Of a DNA stretch of 64,000 bases, positions 36,715 through 49,265 are shown in pieces (position 1 is the stretch's first letter; each line of letters starts with the position of its first letter). The translations under genes and the position numbers were made by a program. A model generated the notes under the pieces. The model did not search any database. It saw only the letters and a list, made by a program, of their open reading frames with translations, and had not been told where the DNA came from. The stretch comes from Mobula hypostoma (Eukaryota). The stretch lies in the NCBI RefSeq assembly GCF_963921235.1, contig NC_086118.1, forward strand, positions 21,268,001-21,332,000, written 5' to 3'.

Positions 36715-37700
36715 TCAAATTGAATTGAATTATTACTTACATCCTTCATATATATGAAGAGTAAAAATCTTTACGTTCCATCTCTGTCTAAATGTGCAAT
36801 GTGCAATTTATAGTAATTTATAATAAATAGTATGTACAACAGTACAGTCAATATAACATAGAAACACAATTGTATCAGCATGAATTAATCAGTCTGATGG
36901 CCTGGCGGAAGAAGCTGTCCCGGAGACTATTGGTCCTGGATTTTATGCTGCGGTACCACTTCCTGATGCTGCTGGAACAGTTTGTGGTTGAGGTGACTTG
37001 GGTCCCCAATGACCCTTCAAGCCCTTTTTACACACCTGTCTTTGTAAATGTCCTGAACAGTGGGAAGTCCACATCTACAGTCACGCCGGGTTGTCCCCAC
37101 CACCCTCTGCAGAGTCCTGCGATTGAGGGAAGTACAGTTCCCATACCAGGGAGAGATGTAGCCAGTCACGATGCTCTCAATTGTGTCCCTGTAGAATCTG
37201 AGGGCCCATACCAAACTTGTTCAACCACCTGAGGTGAAAGGGGCACTGTTGTGCCTTTTTCACCACACAGCCGGTATGTACAGACCACGTGAGATCCTCG
37301 GTGATGTGTATGCCGAGGAACATAAAGCTGTTCACCCTCTCAACCCCAGATCCATTGATGTTAATAGGAGTTAGCCTGTCTCCATTCCTTCTGTAGTCTA
37401 CAACCAGTCCCTTTGTTTTTGCAACATTGAGGGAGAGGTTGTTTTCTTGACACCACTGTGTCAGGGTCATGACTTCTTCTCTGTAGGCTGCCTCATTATT
37501 ATTTGAGTTGAGGTCAGAGTAGTGTGGTCAGCAAATTTAATTAGCAGATTGGAGCTGTGGGTGGCGACACAGACATAGATATACAGAGAGTAAAAGAGGG
37601 GGCTTAGGACACAGCCCTGAGGGGCACCTGCGTTGAGTGTCAGAGGGACGGAGGTGAGGGTTCTTACCACCTGCCGGCGATCTGACAAGAAGTCCAGGAT
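36715..37700 (-). mobile_element. Rex1/Babar LINE, second subfamily, RT and 3' end
   Basis: ILDFLSDRRQVVR, GAPQGCVLSP, KFADHTT, WCQENNLSLNVAKTK. (TCAAT)n tail. Confidence 0.9.
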
Positions 37701-37729
37701 CACAGGGCTGGGTGATGCTCATCATTATC

Positions 37730-38200
37730 AATTATGCCATTGATATTCCTGTCATCTCTACACTTATATACTTACATCCAAATTGTTAATGTATATATTT
37801 TTTTAATAAAGGAGTTCCCAGCACTGATCCCTATGGTATACCATTGGTCACAGGCTTCCAATCACAAATCAGTCTTCTACCCCTGCCTCGTATTACCAAG
37901 CCAGTTTTGAATCCAATTTCCAACTTGCTCTGGATCCCATGAGCTTTAATATTGTCAAGGATCCTTTTGAAATCCATCCAGATTACATCAATGCACTGTT
38001 GTTACCATTTAAAAAAAAATTCAATCAAATTAGTCAAGACAACACTCAACTTTTCGTTCAGATTAATTCTGTCCTTCTCCTCAGAGTATTTTCCTTTGAT
38101 ACACACACACACCTACAATTAACTAGCTACTGTCCCTACTTCCAACTGTTTGCCAATACTCTCTCAAGCACCAAGATAGCCATTCCTTTGAAAACATGAA
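37730..38200 (-). mobile_element. Degraded CR1 RT fragment
   Basis: cccagcactgatccctatggtataccattggtcac is antisense to VTNGIPxGSVLG. Confidence 0.65.
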
Positions 38201-38679
38201 AATCCTCCATCGTCATTTCTTTGTAAGTTCACTGATATCCTGGGTCTCACAGAATTGTGGCTTCTGGGCAGTATTCAAGTTTACCACAGTTTCTTCATCT
38301 GACCATGTCTTCCACCGCACCTCTGACCATAAGGTGTCACAGTGGTTCATATTGTTAAATTTAATTTCAGTCTCTTTCTTTTATCTCTGCTTTAGACCAA
38401 GTTTTCTACTAATTTTCCATATTCCAAAATCAATCTCTTACTGAGTTCTGGTTCCTGTCATTTTTTATTTACACTTAGCTAACAAATTCTAAGAGCCCCA
38501 GAAGCAAGCCACACTATTTCCACCTGTCTTTTTAATTGGTTGATGGAGGATAATTGCTCTGTGCACACAATACGCATAAACTAGTGCATGTAAGCACCAT
38601 GAATCCAAGGCCTTCAGCACAATTCCATGCATTAACTATACGTTAATTCAAAGCCACACAAGAATTACAGTGTTATCTC

Positions 38680-39637
38680 TCACTGTAGTGAAGAGGCATG
38701 CAGAGACGAGGGTCAAAGCATGTAGGTACGATACAGAGTTGGAGAGTGGAGGAGTTGGAGCAAGGTGGAGGCGTATTCGAGACAGAGTCCGAGAGAGGTC
38801 CAGGCAAAATGCAGAAAAATTGGAGCGGAGGAAACCGCGAGCGAGGTGAGATCGATCTAAGTACCAGGCCAAATTGGAAAGGTTGGGTATGGGGCAGAAA
38901 TGTGGTGGCGGGGTCCAGAGCATATTGAAGCGGCAGGGCCCAGATCCTAGTGCGAGGAACAACCCAACGTTTGGACGATTTAAACACAGGACCAGATGAA
39001 TTGAAGAGGCACAGTGTCGGGACAAGTGGCGAGGATTAGGCCAGCTCTGCTCGCTGCTCCGCGATGTTTTCTCCGCTCTTTGCTGCACTGAGGCCGAGAC
39101 TGTGGGTCTGCTCAGTTGCTCCGGGCTTCATATCCGAGGGCTCTGTGACATTTACTCCACTATGTGCTGAACTGAGGCTGAGCCTGTGGGCCTGCTCCAG
39201 GCTTCATGTCTGAGGCTGTGGGCCTGCTCCAGGCTTCGTGTCTGAGGCTGTGGGCCTGCTCCAGGCTTCGTGTCTGAGGCTGTGGGCCTGCTCCAGGCTT
39301 CATGTCTGAGGCTGTGGGCCTGCTCCAGGCTTCATGTCTGAGGCTGTGGGCCTGCTCCAGGTTCTGTATCTGAGGCCGTGGCGTTGCCACAGGCTTCGTG
39401 TCTGAGGCTGTGGCCTGCTCCAGGCTTCATGTCTGAGGACTCACTTTTGTTCTAAGTGCTATTTGCTTACTTTTATTGTGTGCGTGTTTTGGTTTTTCTC
39501 CCTCTCTTGCTCTGCTCTGGGTGTTTGTTGAGTTTTTTTTAATGGATTCTTTTGGTTTTCTTGTTTGTGGCTGCCTGTAAGGAGATGAATCTCAATCTAT
39601 AATGTATACATACTTTGATAATAAATGTACTTTGAAC
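38680..39637 (+). mobile_element. ORF-less non-autonomous element with a Rex1-type tail
   Basis: Colinear similarity to 43770-44487. Ends tactttgataataaatgtactttgaac. Confidence 0.7.
39184..39438 (+). repeat. Minisatellite, 8 x 32 bp
   Basis: Unit ctgtgggcctgctccaggcttcRtgtctgagg. Units 6-8 are variant. Confidence 0.95.
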
Positions 39638-40244
39638 CTTAGTGAGGTCCCTCTAAATTGAGGCTATGACTGGACGCTGTCACTTCAAGGAATGGATCAG
39701 ATTAACCTTACCTTGAAGCAGCAGATTAAGGACTGGCATGAATACCACAGAACTCCAATGGATGGGATATTGTGGTGATGACCACGGCTATGCAGGAAAT
39801 AATCAGAATGAATAGGTTAACCACTCCCTCAAGAAAATGTAAGTTTGCACAAATGCGGCCACTGGGAAGGCATCAAGTTGATACGAGGAATGGTGAAGCA
39901 AATTTTGTATGCGGCCTTATACTTGGTGAAAGAAATATATTTTGTACCACTAATGCTTGTCTTCCCATGAGAAAGGTGATGAAGGAGTAACCATACCACA
40001 CAAGCTAAACACATTTTTAATATTAGTCATAAAATTATTGAAGTCTGATTATTGACATTTGAACAGGACCGTTCTGCTTATTCTTGATTACTCATGGCTG
40101 TTCACACTACTGTCTTGTAACTTGCTGGTTGCTATTGTATTGTCTGTTATGATACCGTCCTGTGCTTTATGCTTGGCACCGAACCACAGCCAATTTGGGT
40201 ACGTTTCACATACTGTCAATAAAATGATTCTGATTCTGAGTAAT

Positions 40245-40795
40245 AAAGCATAGAAACAGATGCTTCAGTCCAGCAGGCCCACACTGACCACAGCATCCTC
40301 CTTACGAGTCACAGTTGTGCATGTTTGGCCCACAACCCTCTAAGATTCTACCCTCCACGTACCCATTCAAAAGCTGCAGTTTTACCCACCTTAGCCACTT
40401 TCTTTGGCAACTCCTTTCAGGTACTCACACCCCTTTGTGTAAAAGAGTTACCTCTCAGGTCCCTTTTAGATCACTCCCCTCTTATCTTGTATCTGTGCCT
40501 TCTACTTCTGAACTCTCCAACCCTGGGGAAAAGACTGTGACTGTTCATCTTATCCATATTCCTGATGATTTTAGAAACTTCTTTGAGGTCATCCTTATTC
40601 TCCCATGCTCCAAGATCAAAGATCCAGAGAGGCCAACCTCAGCCTGTAACTCAGGCTCTCTAGTCCTGGCAGCATCCTTGTAAATGTCTTCTGCATCCTC
40701 TCCAGCTTGCCTTTTTCACAACAGAGTGACCACAACTGTATACATGACTCCAAGTACAGCATTACCAACAAATCACATAACTGCAATATTGTTTC
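40245..40795 (-). mobile_element. Degraded CR1 3' fragment
   Basis: gcatagaaacag...ggcagcatccttgtaaatgtcttctgc...gaccacaactgtatacatgactccaagt. Confidence 0.7.
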
Positions 40796-40809
40796 ATTGA
40801 ATTCTCTAA

Positions 40810-41410
40810 AAATGGCGCTAAATTACAATAAAATGGTGGTGCACAGGGAAGCTGCAGGTTCTCTGGCTCCCAATAATAGCGCTAACACAAGGAATTCTGC
40901 AGATGCTGGAAATTCAAGCAACACACATCAAAGTTGCTGGTGAACGCAGCAGGCCAGGCAGCATCTCTAGGAAGAGGTACAGTCGACGTTTCGGACCGAG
41001 ACCTTTCATCAGGCACTTCAGCAGGTGGTGTGACAAGAAGCAGAAACACAGCAAGAGAGCTGGGGTACCCGCTAGGCTGAGAGCTATCCCCGACCAGGCC
41101 AGCAGGGCCATCACTTTTTCTGACCAACAAAGGTTGGTGCACAAAATCGTCTATAGTTAGCAGCCACTGTTCTGGGGCAAGTGAACATCTTACAATTAAA
41201 TGCCGGCCACGTTATCGGCTCAGGGAGGTTGCTGCTGTGTTCGTCACCAGTGTCTACATCCCCCTGAGCTCGAACGCCAAGGACCCACTGGGAGAACTTT
41301 ACAGTATCATCAGCTCTCTACAACACAAGCAACCGGACGGTCTCTTCATAATTGCAGGAGACTTCAGTCACGTTAACCTGCAGGGCATTTTACCCAGATT
41401 CCACCAATAC
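40810..41410 (+). mobile_element. Rex1/Babar 5' region and APE endonuclease fragment, interrupted by a Penelope pseudo-LTR
   Basis: KRAGVPARLR; about 41200-41380 translates to KCRPRY...VTSVYIP...LGELYSIISSLQHKQPDGLFIIAGDFSHVNL. Confidence 0.7.
40883..41013 (-). mobile_element. Penelope pseudo-LTR with terminal extension, truncated at the hammerhead
   Basis: Near-identical to 26503-26633. Hammerhead core at 40981-41013 with the 5' strand of stem I lost. Confidence 0.9.
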
Positions 41411-41980
41411 TAGGGGAATAGGAGTCAACTATGCCTACATAAACAGACTGCTTGAAATCACTCCAAGGCCGGGATAAAAGCAGGTGTGGTACATACTTCT
41501 GTATGTCATGTGTGGCACCCTTCCCTGATCTGTTCTGGTAGTGATATTACTTCAGTCATTCTGTTTCAAGTTGACAGGCTGCCTTTTGTCATTTTGCAAG
41601 TGCAGACATAGTGTGATGTTGTGTGGTCAAAACCCCCAAAGAAGCTGGTCAGATAGAAACCCCTCCTTCTGAACTTACTCTTCAGAATCCTCACAGTACT
41701 GTTTATGATCAGATAATGATACAATTCAAACTTAAAATAGAGGCAATAAATCCAACCAATAAGCAAGGATGCATAATGATAATATTTGCTGCCTTGCATA
41801 CATTTATTTTCTGACTGGGTCCTTCTGCTCTTAAGAAGCCTCCTTGCATACAACTTTAATGGGCGAGGGTTTTGCTGAATGCATTTCTACGTGTCTGTGT
41901 ATGTGCTATGAGAACTTCCTTGTCTCTTTCTCTTTTTACTCTGTATGGCTTCAAATAATTTGCCTCATTTTCTGTTAGGC

Positions 41981-42060
41981 TAGGTGTTCCCAACCTGGGG
42001 TCTACGGATCCCTTGTTTAACAATATTGGTTCAAGGCATAAAAAAGGTTGGGAACTCCTG
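41981..42060. mobile_element. hAT MITE, about 80 bp (copy 2)
   Basis: taggtgttcccaacct / aggttgggaactcctg. Flanks tgttaggc / tgttcgtc. Confidence 0.8.
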
Positions 42061-43577
42061 TGTTCGTCACTCAGTTTTTCCCAAAATCCTCTAGATTCTT
42101 TTGGCCTTTTTTTTGCCACTATTTTCTGTGGCCAAGAATAACTACATCACTCTGGTAATTTACTAGGTGCTATTGGAAATCATCACCAAGCAAAGGCGAG
42201 GATTTGTAGCCACTACTGCATTTCCTGTTATCAGTTGAACTGAATCGAGTCATTGCCTTTTTGTCCCTGCCCAGTCTTGTTATCTCTAAATTTCTTCCTG
42301 CATTACTTGAAAAAAGCACACATGTGGGCGTCAGTATCAAGGAAGTAACACATCTGTGGATGAGATATAGTGTTAAGCTACTTGATCTTTCGTTCTCAAG
42401 GTTAAGCCTCTCATTTCTGTTACTGCTTTATATCATAATCCTTGCTACTTGTTATTTTACATAGGCAGTTACAGTATGCAAGGACAATGAAGAGAGAATA
42501 AGAAAAAAACTTTCTGTGGCTTGAGTCCTGATGCTGATTATGTAGCTTTATTTGTAAAATTAATGAGAAACTCTAAAATCGTTCAGACAAGCTGAACTCT
42601 CTATAAAGTCTTCTGATCATGCAGTACTATGTGCTTATGAAGTAATAAGCTTCAAAAAGATTTCAAAGTACATTTATTGTCAAAGAATGTATAAATTATA
42701 CAACCTTGAAATTTATTTGCTTACAGGCAGCCACAGAGCCAGAAACCAGAAAGAACCTAATTTAAAAAAAGACCAATAGCTGATGCACAGAGAAAGGGAA
42801 AAAAACCACAAATCACACAAACAATAGGAGCGAGCCACAATATTCTGAACCAAAATGACTCCTTGGATCCAAATCCCAGAGTAGGCCCAAGCCTTCGTAT
42901 CAGTCCATCATATTAGCAAAAACAAAGCACAGCAGCCAGGGGCAGTCTTCATAGCCTCAGTGCCATGGAGAGAGGAGCTTTAAGACAGTACTTCGAGTGA
43001 ATCATTGAGGGAACATAAATAATGATCCGAATTGCTGCTACAGATATATTGCAACTAATATGTCCTTGTTTTAAGTCTTCATTCTTTTTCATCTCCATGC
43101 TTCAGCAACTTCTCATTCTGGTGTGTGATCACTAAAATGATATGATCCTGGTGACTCATAAGTGTAGTTCTGAATGCACCTACTACTGCTCTCTGCAGAA
43201 TAAGTCTTGCGGAGCCTAAATTTAGAATTTATGCCAGCTTTCCTGGGGTAGTCAAAATGCCATCAAACCACTGTTGAGAAATAAAGGCAAAGAAAGAGGA
43301 AACAGCCCTACATCCCTTCCTCAAAACCTGTGGTTAAATATCTGAAGAGGTAGAATATTTAATGAACTGGTATCCATTCCAACTTCTGTTCTAGTGCCTG
43401 TTAGGGTTCTTGCTCACTGCAGTGAGGCTCAACAGGTATGCAGTACAAATTTATCATTTTTTTTGTTGTGGTGGTCTGTGGAGTGCTGAGAAGAACACTT
43501 CCAGTTGCTCCAAGAGAGTGATGTTGGAACCTTTACTTAACTAACCATAGTCATGTGTCTACTGTTAGCTAGGGAAG

Positions 43578-44487
43578 GCTTCTGGTTTAAGATGGCACGA
43601 GTGAAGCACAGCAACTACCTGTTGCTAACAAACAGAACGATAAATTATTATATTAATCACATTTTTTCCCAGATACTATCCGTGCAATCAATAGCCTGTA
43701 ACTTCTCTTTCAGAATTGAGCTTTTGAACCGCCTACACAACCTGGCATTTTTGGTGTGTGAACTGAAGCCTCAAAGGTGCAGGATGGTTGTGGTGAGGTG
43801 TGTACAGGCCGAATCAAGGTTGTGAGGTCTGGGTCTGACAGCGGGGAGTGAGCCAATGTATGGCCATTGCTGGAACAGACTTGGGAGGCGATTTGAGGCG
43901 GCAGAATCGAGGCAGAGTCGAAGCGCCAGGGCCCAGGCCTGGGGCCGAGGGGCACGGAAAGAGCTGAGGTTTGATTGATTTAAGCACCAGTCAGAGTTGG
44001 AAAAGTCGGGTACTAGCTGAATCGAGGTGGCGGGGTCCAGGCCCGGGAGCATGTCAAAGCGGCAGGGCCTGGGTTCCAGAGTGAGGAATGACCCAGGTTT
44101 GGACGACTTAAGTGCTCCCATGAGGTATACTCATCTCTGCCTTGAACTGATGCTGTGGCCTGCAACTAACGGGCTCCTGGATCAGCTGCAGTGATGTCTG
44201 GCTTTGTGGCTGTGAACTCACTTTCGTGACCTTCAATTATGAATGTTGTTTGCTTACCGTTTGCACGATTTGTCCTTTTTTTCTGCACATTGGGAGTTTA
44301 ACGGTCTCCTCTTTGAATGGTTTCTATTAGGTTTCTTTGCTTTGTGGCTGCCTGTAAGCAGCCAAATCTCAAAGTTGTATATTGTATACATACTTTGATA
44401 ATAAATGTATATTGTATAATACTTCGATAATAAATGTATATTATATACATACTTTGATTACTTTGATAATAAATGTACTTTGAACTT
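43578..44487 (+). mobile_element. ORF-less non-autonomous element with an AAGATGG head and a tandemly duplicated Rex1-type tail
   Basis: AAGATGG at 43589. Homologous to 38680-39637. Tail unit repeated about three times at 44375-44487. Confidence 0.7.
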
Positions 44488-45939
44488 GCAGTATTTGCAA
44501 TGGACCTCTTCTCAAGGTAGTGACAGGAACTTTTCTAAAGCCAGAAAGGAGGGATAAAAGCAAGATTCTGTTGTTGAGGTGTGCAAGGTTTTGGCAAATA
44601 CTGATGTTTTCAGGGATTTTGGGAAGGTTGAGATGCAAGAACTGGAGAATCAGGAGTATTCCCCAATGGCTTGATTAGAAACGGCATTTGCTTTGTACTA
44701 TATTGGCTGCCTGTTTTAACACTGCTGAATTTCAAAAGTGTACTCTTGCTGAAAATGAAGTAAGACTACTGACAAAATCTCTAATTCTTGGTATAAACCT
44801 TTGTGAGGCATTTGTTCCTGCCACTGAGATAACAAAGGCGGATTTAGTAGTGCATCTTTACAAGCTGTGATGCCAAATCAGTATAAATGCAGCCTCACCG
44901 TACAGTAAGCAAAAGTGGGGCTTCAATTTTCACTAATCAGCAGGTGCAAAAGCAAGCTGCAACCAGATTGTGTTGGTTGAAGGTGGTTGATACAGTGGAG
45001 ACTTGGCTTCATGTCATGACCCTGTCATTGGCACAACTTAACACTGACTCACCATACCCATGGAGGAGCTTTAATTATTTACTCAGCAGGCATTACATTT
45101 GTTTTCCATCAAGGCAAAATGCAACAATTGGACTGTAAAATACTTGAACATCAATCACAAATGCTGGCTTTGCACTAAGCAGTTAATATGTTTCTCAGTT
45201 TTAAAGAAAAACTTATTTCTGTCAGGGTTCTTTGTAGGTGGTGTCAGAGAAGAATCTTCATGAGTAATTCTGCAACTCTGCTCTTTTTGCTGAAAACAAT
45301 ATCGGCATAGTGTCCTTTTCAGACTTGAGTTAGTTCTTTTTGGCACTGGTCCCTTCTCCGCTGAACTTTGCCTGAAAGAAGCCTCCCACTTTCAGCTCTC
45401 CCACTTTAGCAATTTACCCAGCTTGCAAGTAACTCTGTGCAGAGACACACAATAAAAAGCCTTAGAAAAACTAGTGCTTCCACCTTGCATTCCGTGTTGT
45501 AATTTGGACTTGTTATGTTTTTTCTGTATGCAGCTTAAACTTACAAATGCATGGACATGACGGTGCTTCTCAGTCAAATTCTCCGGGAAACACACCTCAG
45601 TTTATAAACCTTTGGCATACAGCTCACTCCTACCCCTAACTTTTATCTGTTTGGGTCCTTCTAACACAGAGGTGAGCTTCCTAAATCTCCACTGCTGCTG
45701 GAGGGAACAATAATACTTGTGAACTTTTGGTGTTCGCATTTCAGTATGGAGTTTCTATTCACTGTGAACTTGTCAGTGATTCCGCCCTCTTTCACCTGGA
45801 AGAGGACATTTTGTATAATGGTTCTGTCTCAACTATCATTCTTAGTGAAATACCCTATCCTCATTTAAAAACCCATATAGTAAGTTTTCTGCTGTAAAGC
45901 CAGAAACCACCTCTTCAAGGTATAGTCCTTAAAACCTCA

Positions 45940-46210
45940 GAGCCAGCAGTTACCTCAAAAGCGTGGTAAGAGTGCTGGTTTGCAGGTGTGTCTGAAACAG
46001 CAGGGGTTAAAAACCCACTCTGCAGTAAATTACTAGCTAACACCAAGAACAAAGTTGACGAACTAAGGCCAAAACGGACCTAACAAAGAGAACTGAGGAA
46101 CTGTTGTGTGGTGTCTCACCAAAACGTGGCTTACCCTCAGAGCAGCTGACTACACCATTCAACTTCTAAATTCCTCAGACAAATTTAGAGGCAGAAAGAT
46201 CGCTTCTGAA
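45940..46210 (+). mobile_element. Degraded Rex1 APE N-terminal fragment
   Basis: LLAN...NKVDELR...QRELRNCCV...TxTWL pattern. Confidence 0.5.
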
Positions 46211-48036
46211 TCAAACCCTTGGTGAACCTATGAGAACGAACCCGGAGATACACTCTCTTCTAATGTCTGGATCCATAATATTCAAATCAGCTAACCCTGA
46301 CGTTTATTTAAAAAAATCGAGATACGACCTCTGAAAAGTCATCAGAGGTGATAAGAGGCAGTGCCAGTCCAAACCTAGATCAATACCAAAAAGGTGCAAA
46401 ACTGAATATTTTAGAGTGGCTATGATCCTTAAATGGCAATTAGAACCATGCGCCTGTGGCTAGTTCCACTTTCCAGCACCTGTACAAAAGTGTTACTGGA
46501 TATATTGCTGTAAAGAAAAAAAAACCTGCAAGGCTGTGGAAAAGAACAGGGAAATAATTCAATGGATGGGTCTTTCAAAAAGCAGGCATGGACATGATGG
46601 GTGAAACAGTTTCTTCCTGTGCTGAATAATCCTACATCACTAGAAATGGATGTTGTCAACAACTGAGTCTTTTGGTATTGGGTAACTGATCTACCAGCTG
46701 AGTATTTTTTAACACCTTTGACAAGTATAAACTAACACAAAGACATACGGCCGGGTTCGTATTAAAAACACAGGGAACTGTGGCCACAGGTTCATGCCAT
46801 ATAACATGCACAGTGCCTTACTCATGGATACACAATTACAGAGATGACTTGTGATAGGTTTGCCAGAATATTCCTCTATTAGCATAAATCTAGCTCAATA
46901 TTGCAAGTAAGATAATAATTGGTTCCATTTGAGAGCAGGAAGGAATCACCTCCGAACTAAATTTTCTTACTCCCCCCACCAAAGTAATTCCTTTGATTCA
47001 AAACCAACTGTTCAATCCCACTGGTTCCTTCCAATATGCTAGTTCCTAATGTGAAAATGCTCATTTTTTCCATTGGTGGATGTTATAATGAGGATTGCAT
47101 CCAACTTGTTCACTACATTTTGTAAGTCTTACCCTTTTTTTTATTCCCGAGAACTTCACAACTTGCTGTTCAGAATCTGTGGTGATACCTGGTTTCTTTG
47201 ATAAATTTTGATATCTCAAATTTGTATTTTGAAAAGGGAATTTCAAAAAAACTAAAAAGATTCCTGTGTTAGTGGAATGGGACTAACCATGCTACTCACG
47301 ATCATAAACCCGCACTTTTCCGGATATGTAAACCTCTAAGGTTACACAAACCCACAGTTTAAAGTTCAAGCTCTGAAGGCCTATGGCCAAAGCCTCTGAT
47401 TCAAGGCAATTTAATAAACTAAAACCTTTTACATTACACTGTATTTCTGGGGTTTGCAATTTAGTTTGTTTTCCTAGGAAAACTGAAATCCAGCAGCTAC
47501 ATGCATAGTAAAAGTGTTACAGAGAGAAGAATCATGAGGTCAGCTTATCGTGGATTAAACTGCAAAAGCACTTAATATACCAATGGCTTGTTTTTATGCA
47601 GGAAAGAAACTGAAAATAAATAAAAATTCTGCTCGGTTATCTCTTTTGATTCTACATTGCAGCAAATCTATTCCAATAAGCTGAGTTTGACCTTCTTTGC
47701 AACCTCTCATTTACTGGTCCACCATCAGATGCGAGCTGTACAGCAGCGCTGTTAGCATGCTTGGAAACATTCTTCCTCATCCTTCTCTCTATCTCTCTCA
47801 ACCTCTCCTAAACTAAGAGTAGAAAATACTGAAAACACTCAGCAGCTCAGGCAACACCTTCCTTCAGAAGCTTCCTCAAGTATCACGTTCAATTCGCTCT
47901 CACAAACGCTCAATGTTCTGTTTTTTTCTTTGCAAACTGCCCTGGAACAATTTGTTACATAAAAATTCTGCAGGGATAAATCAGATTGGCATGTGCTAAG
48001 TTCTTCAGCAAAGAAAGAAATTCCCTAGTGTACAGA

Positions 48037-48291
48037 TGAAGCACCTTCAATTACTCCAAAAGACTGAGGTTTGGTAAAATACTGAAAGGCTTTTGGAGTA
48101 ATTGAAGGTGCTTCAATTTTATTCGCTGAACAATACGACCTCCACAGTGAGTGTCTGCCCCCGGACTGAGGGGGAGGGGCAAGGCAAACACCTTTATACA
48201 GGACTCTGTGGGAGGAGCCACAGGGGCAGTCAGCAGAGGGGTGTGTCCAGACAGGTAACCGAGTTACAACATATATACATGGTTTACCACA
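48037..48291 (-). mobile_element. Solo LTR (255 bp), probably Gypsy
   Basis: Minus strand TGTGGTAAAC...GTGCTTCA. 5-bp TSD ACAGA at 48032-48036 and 48292-48296. TATAAA and AATAAA occur in the expected order on the minus strand. Confidence 0.85.
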
Positions 48292-48764
48292 ACAGACAAG
48301 TTCTCTGTCCATCAAATCCTTGTCCGCTGCACTCCAGGTGGGGAGTGGCACACCAGGCCAAACTGTATCAGTAAAAGGGATAGATCTCTGTGTATAATAA
48401 AATTATGTAACAGGTTCACTAATATTCTGCTTTGGTGATGTGGTAAAGGCAAAACTGTAGGCCATGATACTGTAGAATACATCAACCTTCACCAAATGCT
48501 GTTTTGGGGCAGTTACTTTCACTTGGTCACAGAATTATACAGGAAGCAAACCCTTCAGCCCAACTTGAACAGGAAGGTGGCACGCCCTTGTTACACAGCC
48601 CAGATCTCTACTGTAGGGCTTAAATTCACAGCCAAGAACTCAAGATGAAACTGCTATCTAATCTCAGTTCAGTAAACCAGCTCTCATACTTGCAAAGATG
48701 TCAGTAAATGTATACATCAGACAAGGCGACAGACAGCACAGCCCAGCCCTCCCTGAATGAGCTG

Positions 48765-49265
48765 ACATAGAGAGGGTCCAGAGAAGGTTCATGAGAATGA
48801 TCACAGGGTTAACATACGAGGAGTGTCTGAAGGCTCTGCATCTGTACTCGCTGGAGTGAAAAATGTGGGAGAGACAGAGTGGGATGTTGTTGAGACCTAT
48901 CCAATATTGAAAGGCCTAGATAGAGCGTGTGTGTGGTGAGGTTGTTTTCTACATTGGGGGAGTCTAGGTCCAGAGGGCACAGTCTCAGAATAGAGGGACA
49001 TCCATTTAGAAAAGAGATAAAGAAAAAAAAAATACCTTTAGCCAGAGGGTGGTGAATTTGTGGAATTCATTGCCACAGACGGCTGAGCAGGCCAAGCCAT
49101 TGGGTATTTTTAAGATGGAGGTTGATAAGGGATTCTTGACTAATTAGGGTTAAAAGGTTATGGAGAGAAGGCAGGAGAATGGGGTTGAGAGGGATAATAA
49201 ATGGTGGAGCAGACTCAATCGGCTGAATGGCCTAATTCTGCCCCTTTCTCCTGTGGTCCTATGGT
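48765..49265 (+). mobile_element. CR1 3' fragment
   Basis: gagagggtccagagaaggttc...agccagagggtggtgaatttgtggaattc...gctgaatggcctaattctg. Confidence 0.85.

Noticed and set aside
39184..39438. CRISPR-like array
   Set aside because: The 32-bp units are directly adjacent with no unique spacers, there are no cas genes, and the context is eukaryotic. It is a minisatellite.
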